Shown here one piece after another: positions 21,294 through 32,000 of a stretch of DNA of 32,000 nucleotides (the stretch's first letter is position 1; each line of letters opens with the position of its first letter). Both the position numbers and the translations under genes were made by a program. This DNA is from Buchnera aphidicola str. APS (Acyrthosiphon pisum) (GTDB lineage Bacteria; Pseudomonadota; Gammaproteobacteria; Enterobacterales; Enterobacteriaceae): positions 210,001 to 242,000 of the forward strand of contig NC_002528.1 of the NCBI RefSeq assembly GCF_000009605.1. The letters run 5' to 3'. The notes beneath the pieces are model-generated. The model did no database searches. It saw only the letters and a program-made list of their open reading frames with translations, and was not told where the DNA came from.

Positions 21294-21992
21294 TTACATA
21301 TCAATTAAATTCTCTAAAATTATTTTTACAAATTTAGAAAGTTGATATGATACAAAATCAATATTTTCTTTAAAATTAACAGTAGCATTATTATCTGATT
21401 CATCAGAGATAGATTTTATGATAATAAGAGGAATATTAAATTTATAGCAAACTTGTGCTATTGCAGAAGATTCCATTTCAACTGCTATTGCAGAAGGAAA
21501 TTGTTTCTTTAAGATTTTTATACTTTCATTTTCTCTGACAAATGTATCACCACTCAAAATAAGTCCTTTTATATATTTTAATTGATATTTATCCGCATTC
21601 TTTTTAAAAAAATTGCATATTTTCTCATTAACTGTAAATTCTTTCGGATACCCAGGAATTTGTCCTCGAGTATATCCAAAGTTTGTTAGGTCTACATCAT
21701 AATAACATGTTTTTTTAGGTATGATGATATCGCCAATTTTTAAAAATGATTGTAAGCTTCCAGCAGAACCACTATTAATAATAGTATCAGGTTTATATAA
21801 ATCAATTAAAATCATAGTTGCAACACTAGCAGAAACTTTCCCTATTCCTGATTTTATTAGAAAAACATCATGACTTTTAAATTTTCCTATATAAATTTTG
21901 TAAGTGTTAATTTTTTTTTCTATATAAAAATGTATTATTTTTTTTAATCTTTCAGTTTCTTGATTTATAGCACCTATTATTCCAATTTTCAT
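21294..21992 (-). CDS. mtn: 5'-methylthioadenosine/S-adenosylhomocysteine nucleosidase
   Basis: 232-aa ORF with GIIGAINQE, SGIGKVSASVA, INSGSAG, AVEMESSAIAQVCYKFNIPLIIIKSISD. Confidence 0.95.
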   Translation of the reverse strand: MKIGIIGAINQETERLKKIIHFYIEKKINTYKIYIGKFKSHDVFLIKSGIGKVSASVATMILIDLYKPDTIINSGSAGSLQSFLKIGDIIIPKKTCYYDVDLTNFGYTRGQIPGYPKEFTVNEKICNFFKKNADKYQLKYIKGLILSGDTFVRENESIKILKKQFPSAIAVEMESSAIAQVCYKFNIPLIIIKSISDESDNNATVNFKENIDFVSYQLSKFVKIILENLIDM

Positions 21993-22055
21993 TTTGATAT
22001 GACTTATAATGAATTTTTAAAATCACATAAGATTTTTTGACATATCTTATATTTT

Positions 22056-22400
22056 TTAAATGCTGAATGATGAGCCGCATCCACATGTATTTTTTGCGTT
22101 TGGATTGTAAACAATAAATTTAGAACCTTCTAGGTTTTCTAAATAATCTATTTGACCACCATATAAGTATTGTAAACTAATGGGGTCAATGATTAAGGAT
22201 ACCTCTGATTGGGTGATTATGATATCGTCTTCATTGATTGAAGTATCAAAAATAAATTGATATTGAAAACCGCTGCATCCACCACCATTTATATAAATTC
22301 TTAATTTTAAATCATGATTTTTTTCTATTTCAATAAGATTTTTTATTTTTTTAATTGCTTTTTCAGTAAATTGAAGATGACTTTTAAAAGCGTTTTCCAT
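22056..22400 (-). CDS. erpA: Iron-sulfur cluster insertion protein ErpA (A-type carrier)
   Basis: 114-aa ORF with three conserved cysteines in [10 protein letters not shown] and [11 protein letters not shown]. Confidence 0.94.
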   Translation of the reverse strand: MENAFKSHLQFTEKAIKKIKNLIEIEKNHDLKLRIYINGGGCSGFQYQFIFDTSINEDDIIITQSEVSLIIDPISLQYLYGGQIDYLENLEGSKFIVYNPNAKNTCGCGSSFSI

Positions 22401-22520
22401 ATTTATTTTGTTCTCGCAATGTTTTATATGTTTTTCGAATACAAACCTTCTATTTTAATTTTATCATAAATAAATATTTTTTAAATATTTTATATGTGTG
22501 TTTTGTATTTATTAGTATTC

Positions 22521-22558
22521 CTTGCGCCGACAAGTTATTTAGTCTTTATTGGCGCAGG
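22521..22558. other. GC-rich stem-loop of unknown role between erpA and ftsZ
   Basis: TGCGCC (22523-22528) pairs with GGCGCA (22551-22556), with an inner GAC/GTC helix. There is no adjacent T-run in either direction. Confidence 0.45.
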
Positions 22559-22633
22559 TTATCAAAGATAATGATATTATCAATCAGTACTTGATTCAAT
22601 ATTTTTTAAAAAATATATTGATAATTTTAAAAA

Positions 22634-23788
22634 TTAATCTGCTCTTTTGCGAAGAAAAGAGGGGATGTCTAAATATTCTGGTTCTTTGTTAATTTTTTCT
22701 TTGGTATTTTTTATTTCTTTTTTTATTATTTTTTTATCTGTCTTTTTTGGAGATATATTTAAATATTGATAACGATAATCCATTAACACTTCTCTAGAAG
22801 ATTTGTTTTTTATTTGATTAACATCTAAATTTTTTTCCATCCCGATACCAGTAGCAACAACTGTTACACGAAGTGTATCATTCATATCAGGATCTAAAGA
22901 AGTACCTATAACCACTGTTGCGTGATCTGAAGAAAAAGATCTAATAGTATTACCGACAGTTTCAAATTCATCTAATTTTAAATCAAAACCAGCAGTAATA
23001 TTAACCAAAACACCACGTGCGCCAGATAAATCTATATCTTCTAGTAAAGGACTAGATATAGCTATTTCTGAAGCTTCTTCTGCACGATTTTCTCCAGAAG
23101 ATATCCCTGTTCCCATCATCGCATATCCCATCTCTAACATTACAGTACGCACATCAGCAAAATCTACATTCATTAAACCAGGTCTTGTAATTAATTCAGC
23201 AATTCCTTGTACGGCGCCTTTTAATACATTATTAGCTGCGCTGAAAGCGTCAAGTAAGGAAATACCTCGGCTGAGTACTTTTAACAGTTTATCATTAGGA
23301 ATTATAATTAGGGAATCTACATATTTTGACAATTCAATTATACCTTGTTCTGCTACAATCATTCTTTTTTTACCTTCAAAATTAAAAGGTTTTGTCACTA
23401 CAGCCACTGTCAAAATTCCTAATTCTTTTGCAATTTCTGCAACTACAGGAGCAGCTCCAGTTCCAGTTCCTCCTCCCATTCCAGCTGCTATAAAAACCAT
23501 ATCAGAACCGTCTAATGCAGATTTTAACAGTTCTTTATCTTCTTCTGCTGAAGTGCGTCCAATTTCTGGATTAGCTCCAGCTCCTAATCCTTTAGTTATA
23601 TTGTTTCCTATTTGTATCGTTTGTCCGACTTCTATTTTTCTTAATGCTTGTGCATCAGTATTAATTGCAAAGAATTCAACACCTTCAATACGCTCTCGAA
23701 CCATGTGTTCTACTGCATTACTACCTCCACCCCCGACACCGATTACTTTAATTATTGCGTTATTACTTAATTCTGAAGGTTCAAACAT
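22634..23788 (-). CDS. ftsZ: Cell division GTPase FtsZ
   Basis: 384-aa ORF with tubulin signature [11 protein letters not shown] and C-terminal peptide [15 protein letters not shown]. Confidence 0.99.
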   Translation of the reverse strand: MFEPSELSNNAIIKVIGVGGGGSNAVEHMVRERIEGVEFFAINTDAQALRKIEVGQTIQIGNNITKGLGAGANPEIGRTSAEEDKELLKSALDGSDMVFIAAGMGGGTGTGAAPVVAEIAKELGILTVAVVTKPFNFEGKKRMIVAEQGIIELSKYVDSLIIIPNDKLLKVLSRGISLLDAFSAANNVLKGAVQGIAELITRPGLMNVDFADVRTVMLEMGYAMMGTGISSGENRAEEASEIAISSPLLEDIDLSGARGVLVNITAGFDLKLDEFETVGNTIRSFSSDHATVVIGTSLDPDMNDTLRVTVVATGIGMEKNLDVNQIKNKSSREVLMDYRYQYLNISPKKTDKKIIKKEIKNTKEKINKEPEYLDIPSFLRKRAD

Positions 23789-23845
23789 GATTTATTTCCA
23801 TTATATATCTATATTTTTTTATAAAGTTTTAAGTATAATATGTTT

Positions 23846-25102
23846 TTAAAATTCTTTTTTAAACCAATTATTAATTCGTTTAAAAATTATTTCAAAAAAA
23901 GAATGTTCTTTTTTTTTCTTATCAATATTGATATAAGATTCTTTTCCATAATGTAATAAACCAATTACAGTTGAGTAACATGGTTCAGTGATTTTTTCTA
24001 TTAATCCAGAAATATTAAATGGTTTAGCAACACGTACTTTTTTTTGAAAAACTTTTTCTGCACAGTCAGTCAAGCATGAAATATTAGATCCACCTCCAGT
24101 AAGTACTATGCCACTTAATAATTCATATTTTTCTCCTTTTTTATGAAGTTTTTTTTGTAGATGAACAATTTGATCTTGTACTAAAGATAATAATTCAACA
24201 TATCTTGATTCAATTACGTCTATTAATGCATCCTGTTGTAAATTTTGTTGAAAATTACAGTTAATATCAGAAAAATCAATATTTTTTGATGATCCTAAAG
24301 GTGGCTTTTTGACTGATCCATATTTGATTTTTATATTTTCAGCATTATCGCGAGAAGTACTAAAAGCATATGAGATATCACTAGTTACAATATTTCCAGC
24401 ATATGGAATAACTTGACTGTATTTTATAGAACCATCAATATAAATAGTAAAATCTATTGTACCTCCACCTATATCAATCATGCATACACCAAGATTACAC
24501 TCATCTTCAGTTAAAACAGCTTTGCTAGAAGCAAGACCTGAAAAAATTACTTGATCAACTTTTACATCACATTTTTCTACGGCTTTAATAATATTTCTAG
24601 CCATATTTTGATGGCACGTAATCAAATGAACTTTTACTTGCATACGTACTCCGGATAAACCTATAGGGTTTTTTATTCCATATTGTTGATCAATTGAGTA
24701 TTCTTGAGGTATAACATGCAATATATGATGTTCATTTAGAATTTGAACTGATTGTGCTATATGTATTACATGTTCTATATCTTCTTTTGTCACTTCATCA
24801 TCAGAAATTGGTATTATTCCAATTTCATTTTGACAATTAATATATTTGTTAGATAGAGATAGATATACGGAAGTAATTTGACAATCTGCCATAATTTCAG
24901 CTTTATTAATAGATTCTTGTATACATGAAACTATTAAATCTAAATTATTAATCTTTCCCTTGTCTATGCCTTTAGATAAACAAGTACCAAATCCAATTAT
25001 TTTAATATTATCATCTATTAATACTTCTCCTACCAAAGTCACGACTTTAGTAGTACCAATTTCTAATCCGACTACTAATTTTCTGTCTTTTGATATAATC
25101 AT
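23846..25102 (-). CDS. ftsA: Cell division protein FtsA
   Basis: 418-aa actin-like ORF with VGLEIGTTKV, MIDIGGGTIDFTIY, VLTGGGSNI, and C-terminal amphipathic helix FKRINNWFKKEF. Confidence 0.98.
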   Translation of the reverse strand: MIISKDRKLVVGLEIGTTKVVTLVGEVLIDDNIKIIGFGTCLSKGIDKGKINNLDLIVSCIQESINKAEIMADCQITSVYLSLSNKYINCQNEIGIIPISDDEVTKEDIEHVIHIAQSVQILNEHHILHVIPQEYSIDQQYGIKNPIGLSGVRMQVKVHLITCHQNMARNIIKAVEKCDVKVDQVIFSGLASSKAVLTEDECNLGVCMIDIGGGTIDFTIYIDGSIKYSQVIPYAGNIVTSDISYAFSTSRDNAENIKIKYGSVKKPPLGSSKNIDFSDINCNFQQNLQQDALIDVIESRYVELLSLVQDQIVHLQKKLHKKGEKYELLSGIVLTGGGSNISCLTDCAEKVFQKKVRVAKPFNISGLIEKITEPCYSTVIGLLHYGKESYINIDKKKKEHSFFEIIFKRINNWFKKEF

Positions 25103-25297
25103 TATTTTTAGCCCATACTTTATTTCTTTAAATATTTCTTTTTTTGATAAACTAATTTTTTATATTTATGCTATTTTTAAATTTAAAGACAGAAATTTTT
25201 TTTCTTATTGTGTATATATAAAAAAATATAACATATAAGATAAATATCTTATTAAAAAATATAAACTATTCGAAGTGACTATATATTAAAATACACT

Positions 25298-26220
25298 CTA
25301 ATTATTCGTATTCAAAATTAATAAAACTAGTTCATCAAATGATAGTCCTGTTTCTTTTGCAGACATTGGCACTAAACTTCTATTTGTCATACCAGGTATT
25401 GTATTTACTTCTAACAACCAAAATTTATTTTCATTATCTAATATAGCGTCAATTCTTCCACATCCACTACATCCTAGTGTACTCCATGCTAGAATTGCTA
25501 TTTTTTGTAATTCTTTTTCTTGGATTGCATTTAATCCACTTGGACATGAGTATTTAGTAGAAGAGGATGTATATTTAGCATCATAATCATAAAAATTATT
25601 CTTGGTTGTAATATGAATAGCAGGTAGTGCTTTTTGACCTAAAATCGATACTGTGTATTCTTTTCCTACTATAAACTTTTCAATAAGAATATGATTGTCA
25701 TAATTAAATGCTGTTTTTATAGCATCATTAAGTTGTGTGAGATGGGATACTATAGTTATACCTATACTTGACCCTTGATTGTTTGGTTTAATTAGAACAG
25801 GCAGACCTAATTTCAATATTTTTTTTATTATAAGATCATTATCTAAAGATATAATATTTTTTTTTTTGAAAGGTAAATATCAGGCGGAGTTGCAAGACCA
25901 CGAGATTTCCATAATAATTTAGTTCTAAATTTATCTATAGATATTGCAGAAGCCATAATTCCACTGCCAGTATAAGGAATGTTTAAATATTGTAGAACTC
26001 CTTGAATACTTCCATCTTCACCACCTTTCCCATGTAAAGAAATATATGCTTTATCAAAACCTTCTTGTTTTAATTTCATAATAGAATAATCACGTGTGTC
26101 AATAGGATATGCATTTAATCTAGATTTTAGTAAACTATTAAGTACGGCATATCCTGATTTGATTGAAATTTTTCTTTCAGAAGATACACCACCTAATAAA
26201 ACTGCTATTTTTTTGTTCAT
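25298..26220 (-). pseudogene. ddlB: D-alanine-D-alanine ligase, apparent frameshift in an A11 tract (25857-25867 on the + strand as T11)
   Basis: Two track ORFs in different frames: 26220-25843 ([23 protein letters not shown]...TKLLWKSRGLATPPDIYLSKKK) and 25816-25298 (KLGLPVLIKPNNQGSSIGI...LEVNTIPGMTNRSLVP). Reading one extra A gives the continuous sequence SKKKNIISLDNDLIIKKILKLGLPVLIKP and a 307-aa protein. Type is provisional; the product may be rescued. Confidence 0.88.
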
Positions 26221-27671
26221 TTTATCACTTTTTTAGTTTTTTTAATTAATATTTTATGTGCTATAGTATCTATATTTCCAGCACCTTGTATTAAAATAAT
26301 ATCATTTCCCTGTAATGTCTGTATTAGAGTATCTAATATCATATTATGATTAGAAATTAAAGTTACATAATTTTTTCCTAGTTTTTTTATATCATTAAAT
26401 AGTGAAAGACTATCAGCTCCAACAATAAATTTTTCATTTGCAGAGTAGACATGCAGTATTAGAAGAACATCTACTTGAGATAAAGTTTGAACAAAGTCAT
26501 GATATAAGTTATATGTCCTAGTGTATCGGTGAGGTTGAAATATCATTATTAAGTTCTTATTGGGCCAACTAATTCGTATTGTTTTAATGGTTTCAGATAA
26601 TTCTGTAGGATGATGCCCGTAATCATCTATCAACATACAATTAGCACGTTTATCAAAACCTTGATCAATTGAAAGAAATCCAAGGAATTCAAATCTTCTA
26701 CAAGTACCTTGAAAGTTTTTTAATGATGCAATCATAAGATCATTATTAATACCTTCATGTATTGCTAGAGCAATAGCTGCTGCTGCATTCAATGCATTAT
26801 GTTTACCAGGGATGTTTAATATAATATTTAATTTTTTATTATTTTTTAAAATTATATAAAAATGTCCAATAAAATTGTTTTGTTTATATAAAAAAATTCG
26901 CACATCAGCATTTTTATTAAATCCATATGTTATTATTTTACATTTTAAATTAGTTAAAATATCGCAAATAGCATTGTTGTCTATACATACTATAGCTGTT
27001 CCGTATAATGTAATTTTTTTTAAAAAAATTAAAAAGGTTTGTTTTAATTTTTTAAAACTATTATCATAATGATCTATATGATCAGGTTCAATATTAGTTA
27101 CAATTATTATATTAGGATTTAAATATAAAAAAGAAGCATCACTTTCATCTGCTTCTGTAATAAAATAACTAGAAGATCCTAATTTTGCATATGAATTAAT
27201 TGATTTTATTAAACCACCGTTAATTACAGTTGGATCTAGACCACTATCAATAAAAATATCTGCAATCATCGATGTCGTTGTAGTTTTTCCATGTGTACCA
27301 GAAACAGCTATTCCTTTTTTAAAGGACATAAGTATTTCGATCATTTCTGCTCTTAGTAATATAGGAATATTACGTTTTTTAGCAGCAAGAATTTCTTTAT
27401 TGTTTGAAGAGATAGCGCTAGATTTAATAATAAAATCAACATTTTTAATATTTTTTTCGGAATGTTGCAAATATATAGTCGCCCCTAGATTAATTAATTT
27501 CTTTATCATTAAACTTTCTAATAAATCAGAGCCACTAACTTTATATCCTAATTTTAATAAAATCAAAGCAATTCCCATCATACCTGCACCGCCGATGCCG
27601 ATAAGATGAATATTTTTATTTTTTTTTTCAGAAATAAAAAAATTAATTTTTTTTATATCTTTTATATTCAT
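26217..27671 (-). CDS. murC: UDP-N-acetylmuramate-L-alanine ligase
   Basis: 484-aa Mur ligase ORF with [37 protein letters not shown]. Stop overlaps the ddlB start (ATGA). Confidence 0.98.
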   Translation of the reverse strand: MNIKDIKKINFFISEKKNKNIHLIGIGGAGMMGIALILLKLGYKVSGSDLLESLMIKKLINLGATIYLQHSEKNIKNVDFIIKSSAISSNNKEILAAKKRNIPILLRAEMIEILMSFKKGIAVSGTHGKTTTTSMIADIFIDSGLDPTVINGGLIKSINSYAKLGSSSYFITEADESDASFLYLNPNIIIVTNIEPDHIDHYDNSFKKLKQTFLIFLKKITLYGTAIVCIDNNAICDILTNLKCKIITYGFNKNADVRIFLYKQNNFIGHFYIILKNNKKLNIILNIPGKHNALNAAAAIALAIHEGINNDLMIASLKNFQGTCRRFEFLGFLSIDQGFDKRANCMLIDDYGHHPTELSETIKTIRISWPNKNLIMIFQPHRYTRTYNLYHDFVQTLSQVDVLLILHVYSANEKFIVGADSLSLFNDIKKLGKNYVTLISNHNMILDTLIQTLQGNDIILIQGAGNIDTIAHKILIKKTKKVIK

Positions 27672-27713
27672 ACTTTCATCTTTTTAATTTTTATTGATTT
27701 AAATGTACAATAT

Positions 27714-28778
27714 TTAAGTTTTTTTAGAGATTTTGTTGATAACATTAAAAATATTAAATATTGCATCTCGAACACCAAGAGAATGAGCTTTTTTTGCCAT
27801 AATAAAAAGCTTATCTCTATCTAATGAATTAAGTATATTAACTATTAATTTCGTATTAAGATTTGACTGATCAATAATTTTTGCAGCACCAATTAATTCT
27901 AAATCTTCTGCATTTCTATGCTGTTGTTTGTCTTTATGTGGATAAGGTATAAAGATAGCGCCTAATCCTACTATAGATATTTCACTTACAGTTAAGGCTC
28001 CAGAACGGCAAATAATTAAATCAGCCCATTCATATGCAGAAGCTATATTTTTTATAAAAGAGGTTATTAAATTTTGATTTAATCTAAGTTTATTATATTT
28101 TTTTTTAGTTTTTTCTAATTCATAATTTCCTGTTTGATGCCAAAAAATAATTTTTTCTTTCAATAAAAATGATACTTCTGGTAAAATACGATTTAAAATA
28201 GAAGAACCTTGACTTCCACCAATAACGAGTACTCGTAAAAGACCTGTTCTATTTTTAAAACGATTAATGGGATTAGGAACTTTTATAATACTTTGGCATA
28301 CTGGATTTCCAACCACTTCCGCATTTCTTAAAACTCCAGGAGACGCTTGCATATTTTTTGTAGATATTCTAGACAGCCATTTATTTGTAATACCTGCAAT
28401 TTTATTTTGTTCATGTAAAAGTAACGGAATATTACAGTTCCAAGAAGCTACCCCTCCTGGACCAGATACGTACCCTCCCATTCCAAGAACAATGTCTGGA
28501 GACCAAGTTTTTATTATTTTTTTTACAGCATAATAAGCTCGCAGTATATATATTGGAGAAATAATTAAATTTTTGAGACTAGTATTGCGCAATCCTTTGA
28601 TCGAAATATAATGAATTTTAATACCATATTTAGGTATAATTCTAGATTCTATGCTATTTTTTGTACCTATCCAATTAACAAGCCATCCTTTTTCAATTAA
28701 ATAACGTGCTATAGTAAGCCCCGGAAAAACATGACCACCACTTCCACCTGCCATAATTATTATTTTTTTAGGAATCAT
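27714..28778 (-). CDS. murG: Undecaprenyldiphospho-muramoylpentapeptide beta-N-acetylglucosaminyltransferase
   Basis: 354-aa ORF with [36 protein letters not shown]. Confidence 0.97.
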   Translation of the reverse strand: MIPKKIIIMAGGSGGHVFPGLTIARYLIEKGWLVNWIGTKNSIESRIIPKYGIKIHYISIKGLRNTSLKNLIISPIYILRAYYAVKKIIKTWSPDIVLGMGGYVSGPGGVASWNCNIPLLLHEQNKIAGITNKWLSRISTKNMQASPGVLRNAEVVGNPVCQSIIKVPNPINRFKNRTGLLRVLVIGGSQGSSILNRILPEVSFLLKEKIIFWHQTGNYELEKTKKKYNKLRLNQNLITSFIKNIASAYEWADLIICRSGALTVSEISIVGLGAIFIPYPHKDKQQHRNAEDLELIGAAKIIDQSNLNTKLIVNILNSLDRDKLFIMAKKAHSLGVRDAIFNIFNVINKISKKT

Positions 28779-29974
28779 TTGGGACCTCTAGGAAATGCTT
28801 GCGATGTTTTTAATCTTGTTTCAAAATCAATTCTTAAAAGAAAAAAAATAGCTATTGAATTAATAATTAAACTTGAACCTCCATAGCTGATAAATGGCAA
28901 AGTTAGTCCTTTAGTCGGTAAAATACCGGTAACAGAACCAACATTAATTGATGTTTGAAAACTAAGCCAAATACCAATAGAACATGCTAAAAATCCTGAA
29001 AAAATTTGTTTTTTTTCTAGCGCTTTTTGTCCAATATACATTGCTCGGAAAGAAATAGTAAAAATTATTAATAATATTAAAAAAGAGCCGATATAACCTA
29101 ATTCTTCACCTATAATAGAAAATATAAAATCACTATGTGCGTCAGGTAAATAATCTAGCTTTTGTATTGAATTTCCCAAACCTTGACCTAAAAAATTTCC
29201 ACGTCCTAATGCTATTAATGATTGTGTTAGTTGATATCCATTACCAAACGGATCTTCCCAAGGATTCCAAAAAGATAAAACTCTTTTAATTCGATAAGGT
29301 TCTAATAATATTAATAAAATTATAGTTAATATACTAACAGTAATAATTATAAAAAATTGTCCTATTTTAGCTCCAGAAAGAAATAAAACTGATATAGTAG
29401 TAAAAAAAAGAACGACAACAGTACCTAAATCAGGCTCTGCTAATAGAAGCATTGACTGTGTTATAATAACACTCATGGGTTTAAAAAAACCCCAGAAATT
29501 ATTGCGTACTTCATTAGATTTTCGTGATAAATAACTAGCAAGATAACAAAAAGAAGAAATTTTACATATTTCAGAAGGTTGGATATGTAAAAACCCTATA
29601 TTGATCCATCGAAAAGATCCATGTATTGAATGACCGATAAGTAATACTAATACTAGCAATACAATTGAAATAATTAGTATAATATTGCTATTTTTTTCCC
29701 AAAAAATGATCGGTGTTCGTAAAAAAATAAAAGATAATAAAAATATTAAAAAAAAATAAAAAATTTCTCTTTTTATAAAAAATAATGGATTATGATATAT
29801 CTTTTGACTTATAGGAATTGATGTAGAGATCACCATAATTAATCCGACAGAAAATAAACCTAGAGTCAACCATACTAATGCACGATCATATAGTATAAAA
29901 TAAGAATTTCGTGTGTTATATTTTTCTTCAATCTTTTTTGGATTTTTTGAATTTTTTTTTTGTAAGTGTTTCAA
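28775..29974 (-). CDS. ftsW: Lipid II polymerase / SEDS-family cell division protein FtsW
   Basis: 399-aa polytopic ORF with [58 protein letters not shown] start at 29974 with AAGGA upstream. Confidence 0.97.
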   Translation of the reverse strand: MKHLQKKNSKNPKKIEEKYNTRNSYFILYDRALVWLTLGLFSVGLIMVISTSIPISQKIYHNPLFFIKREIFYFFLIFLLSFIFLRTPIIFWEKNSNIILIISIVLLVLVLLIGHSIHGSFRWINIGFLHIQPSEICKISSFCYLASYLSRKSNEVRNNFWGFFKPMSVIITQSMLLLAEPDLGTVVVLFFTTISVLFLSGAKIGQFFIIITVSILTIILLILLEPYRIKRVLSFWNPWEDPFGNGYQLTQSLIALGRGNFLGQGLGNSIQKLDYLPDAHSDFIFSIIGEELGYIGSFLILLIIFTISFRAMYIGQKALEKKQIFSGFLACSIGIWLSFQTSINVGSVTGILPTKGLTLPFISYGGSSLIINSIAIFFLLRIDFETRLKTSQAFPRGPK

Positions 29975-31299
29975 GTTATTTCCTTTATTAATTTTATAAA
30001 AAGATTACCTCTCTCTTCAAAGTTAGAAAATTGACCTAAGCTGCTGCACCCAGGAGACAAAAGAACGGTATCACCTGATTTGACTTGTTTTGAAATTAAA
30101 ATTACTGCTTTTTTTAAATTTTCAACATAAATAGATTTTTTTTCACATATTTTTGACAATTTAATGCCATCTCTTCCAAAACAGTAAATTTTTATTTTTA
30201 AAGTTCTAAAAATATTTTTTAATATATTAAAATTTGCAGATTTACTATCGCCGCCTAATAATAATCTTATTGTTCCAGTTGTTTTTATAGAATTTAAAGC
30301 AACTTGAGTACTATTTACATTTGTGGATTTAGAATCGTTTATCCAACGTACTCCTTTTTCATTTTTTATTATTTGAAATCGATGTGGTAAATTCGAGAAA
30401 CTTTTAAGTACATTTATTGCGTCATTTCTAGGGAATTGCATTGCATCTGAAATAGCTAAAGAGACTAATATATTATTGTAATTATGATATCCATATAATA
30501 ATATTTCACTAGTATTTAATATTTTTTTATTTTTAAAAAATAAAATAGGGTCATTGCTTTTAGAACAAATACGATAATCACTTCTATTTGTTCCAAAACT
30601 AATCCATTTTTTATTCTTACTATGAATAAGACTTTTTTCTATCTTATCATTAGAGTTAATTATACAAATTTCTGCTTGATTATAAACAGACAATTTAGTG
30701 TTTTTATATTGTTGGAATCCATTTGGGTATCGATTGATATGATCTTCGCTAATATTAAGAATAACTGCTATCTTAGATTTTAAATTAAATGTATTTTCTA
30801 GTTGAAAACTAGACAGTTCTATTATGTATAAATCTGCTTCTTTATCAAGTATTTCTAGTACGGGAACACCTATATTACCACCTAGAAAAGCTTTATATCC
30901 TGATTTTTTTGCAATTTTTTCAATCATGGTAGCTACAGTACTTTTTCCATTAGTCCCTGTTATTGAAATAATAGGACAGGTCACTTCTCTAGAAAATAGT
31001 TCAATATCACTAATAATCTCAATACCTAGCAAACGTGCTTTAATTAAAATAGGTTTAAATGAAGAAATACCCGGACTTATAACAATTAAGTCTGATTCTA
31101 GAATCCACTGATGGTCTAAACTTCCTAAACTATATTCAATATTTTGAGGAATTTTAATAAAATTTGAAGGATGTTTAGATTCATCAATAATTTTAGGTTT
31201 TATTCCTTTTTTTAAAAAAAAATTAATGCAAGATATTCCTGTTAAACCCATTCCTAAAATTAATATTTTTTTACCAAAATAATTATATGACATCAACAT
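29971..31299 (-). CDS. murD: UDP-N-acetylmuramoylalanine-D-glutamate ligase
   Basis: Body [22 protein letters not shown]...[10 protein letters not shown]...[14 protein letters not shown]. The track ORF extends upstream to 31350, but the likely start is ATG at 31293 (overlapping the mraY stop) or 31299. Confidence 0.96.
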   Translation of the reverse strand: MLMSYNYFGKKILILGMGLTGISCINFFLKKGIKPKIIDESKHPSNFIKIPQNIEYSLGSLDHQWILESDLIVISPGISSFKPILIKARLLGIEIISDIELFSREVTCPIISITGTNGKSTVATMIEKIAKKSGYKAFLGGNIGVPVLEILDKEADLYIIELSSFQLENTFNLKSKIAVILNISEDHINRYPNGFQQYKNTKLSVYNQAEICIINSNDKIEKSLIHSKNKKWISFGTNRSDYRICSKSNDPILFFKNKKILNTSEILLYGYHNYNNILVSLAISDAMQFPRNDAINVLKSFSNLPHRFQIIKNEKGVRWINDSKSTNVNSTQVALNSIKTTGTIRLLLGGDSKSANFNILKNIFRTLKIKIYCFGRDGIKLSKICEKKSIYVENLKKAVILISKQVKSGDTVLLSPGCSSLGQFSNFEERGNLFIKLIKEIT

Positions 31300-32000
31300 A
31301 CCTTTAAAGAAATGAGACTTATGAGTAACAATATTAGTGACACAATCCAAAATCTTACGATAATCAAAGGTTCTAATATTCCTTTGACTTCATAATGGTG
31401 GTGAACTGGTGCCATTTGAAAAATTCTTTTTTTTCTTATTTTAAACGATATAATTTGTAATATCACAGATATTGTTTCAAAAACAAAAATACCACCCATG
31501 ATAATTAGTAGTAATTCTTGATGTAATAATATTGCTATAGCTCCTAAAGAACCACCTAATGCTAGTGATCCAACATCTCCCATGAACACTTTTGCTGGAT
31601 AGCTATTAAACCATAAAAAACCTAATCCTGAACCAACAATTGCCATACATAATATAGCTAGTTCTGTTGAATTTTTTACATATTGAACATGTAGATAATG
31701 TGAGATATTTATATTGTCGCTAAATAAAGATATTAATGTCAAACCACAAGTTAAAAAAATAACTGGCATAATAGCTAAACCATCTAATCCATCTGTTAGA
31801 TTAACTGCATTACTAGTGCCAACTAGTACAAAATAAGAAAGAAATATATATAAATAGTTTATTTCAAAATCATTCTTTATACAAAAGGGAATTATTAATT
31901 CAGTAGAAATAATATCTTTATTGTTTATCTTAATCATACAGATGAATATGAAAGCAATAATAGATAAAAAAAAATATTTCCATTTTAGTTTTAATCCTTG
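31293..32000 (-). CDS. mraY: Phospho-N-acetylmuramoyl-pentapeptide-transferase, partial (5' end outside window)
   Basis: The track gives 31293-31937, but the frame stays open to the window edge ([28 protein letters not shown]...). Motifs [27 protein letters not shown], and [12 protein letters not shown]. Confidence 0.97.
   Translation of the reverse strand, partial: QGLKLKWKYFFLSIIAFIFICMIKINNKDIISTELIIPFCIKNDFEINYLYIFLSYFVLVGTSNAVNLTDGLDGLAIMPVIFLTCGLTLISLFSDNINISHYLHVQYVKNSTELAILCMAIVGSGLGFLWFNSYPAKVFMGDVGSLALGGSLGAIAILLHQELLLIIMGGIFVFETISVILQIISFKIRKKRIFQMAPVHHHYEVKGILEPLIIVRFWIVSLILLLISLISLKVC

Noticed and set aside
23553-23849. Plus-strand ORF of 98 aa
   Set aside because: Antisense to the glycine-rich N-terminal region of ftsZ.
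24960-25238. Plus-strand ORF of 92 aa
   Set aside because: Mostly antisense to the 5' end of ftsA plus AT-rich spacer; no ribosome-binding site or motifs.
28267-28533. Plus-strand ORF of 88 aa
   Set aside because: Antisense to murG, no motifs.
31300-31350. N-terminal extension of the murD ORF ([17 protein letters not shown])
   Set aside because: This is the mraY C-terminal coding region read in another frame. MurD homology begins near MSYNYFGKK at 31293.
1-32000. Mobile elements, CRISPR arrays, toxin-antitoxin or defence genes, tRNA or rRNA
   Set aside because: No transposase-like ORFs, regularly spaced repeats, or tRNA/rRNA-like sequence were seen on manual reading. Nearly all coding sequence is accounted for by housekeeping genes.

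Overview
This window is an ordinary housekeeping segment of a reduced, very AT-rich gammaproteobacterial endosymbiont chromosome. Gene content, order and protein similarity to E. coli all point to Buchnera aphidicola. From left to right: thrA (-, runs off the left edge), hpt (+), panC/panB (-), dksA (-), truA (+), mrcB (+), secA (+), mutT (+, apparent frameshift), coaE (-), guaC (+), aceE-aceF-lpdA (+), speD/speE (-), mtn (-), erpA (-), ftsZ/ftsA (-), ddlB (-, apparent frameshift), murC-murG-ftsW-murD-mraY (-, mraY runs off the right edge). I found no mobile elements, CRISPR arrays, rRNA, tRNA or accessory defence systems, and no convincing new protein system. The observations most worth follow-up are: (1) mutT and ddlB are each split only at a homopolymer, A9 and A11 respectively, with an otherwise intact reading frame on both sides; (2) a terminator-like hairpin lies 28 nt upstream of thrA, with competing upstream helices and a short Thr/Ile-containing ORF, resembling a thr-type attenuator; (3) an unexplained GC-rich structured element lies between erpA and ftsZ; (4) AceF has one lipoyl domain and an HxxxNG catalytic motif; (5) there are several strong intergenic hairpins and overlapping stop/start junctions in the mur-fts cluster.
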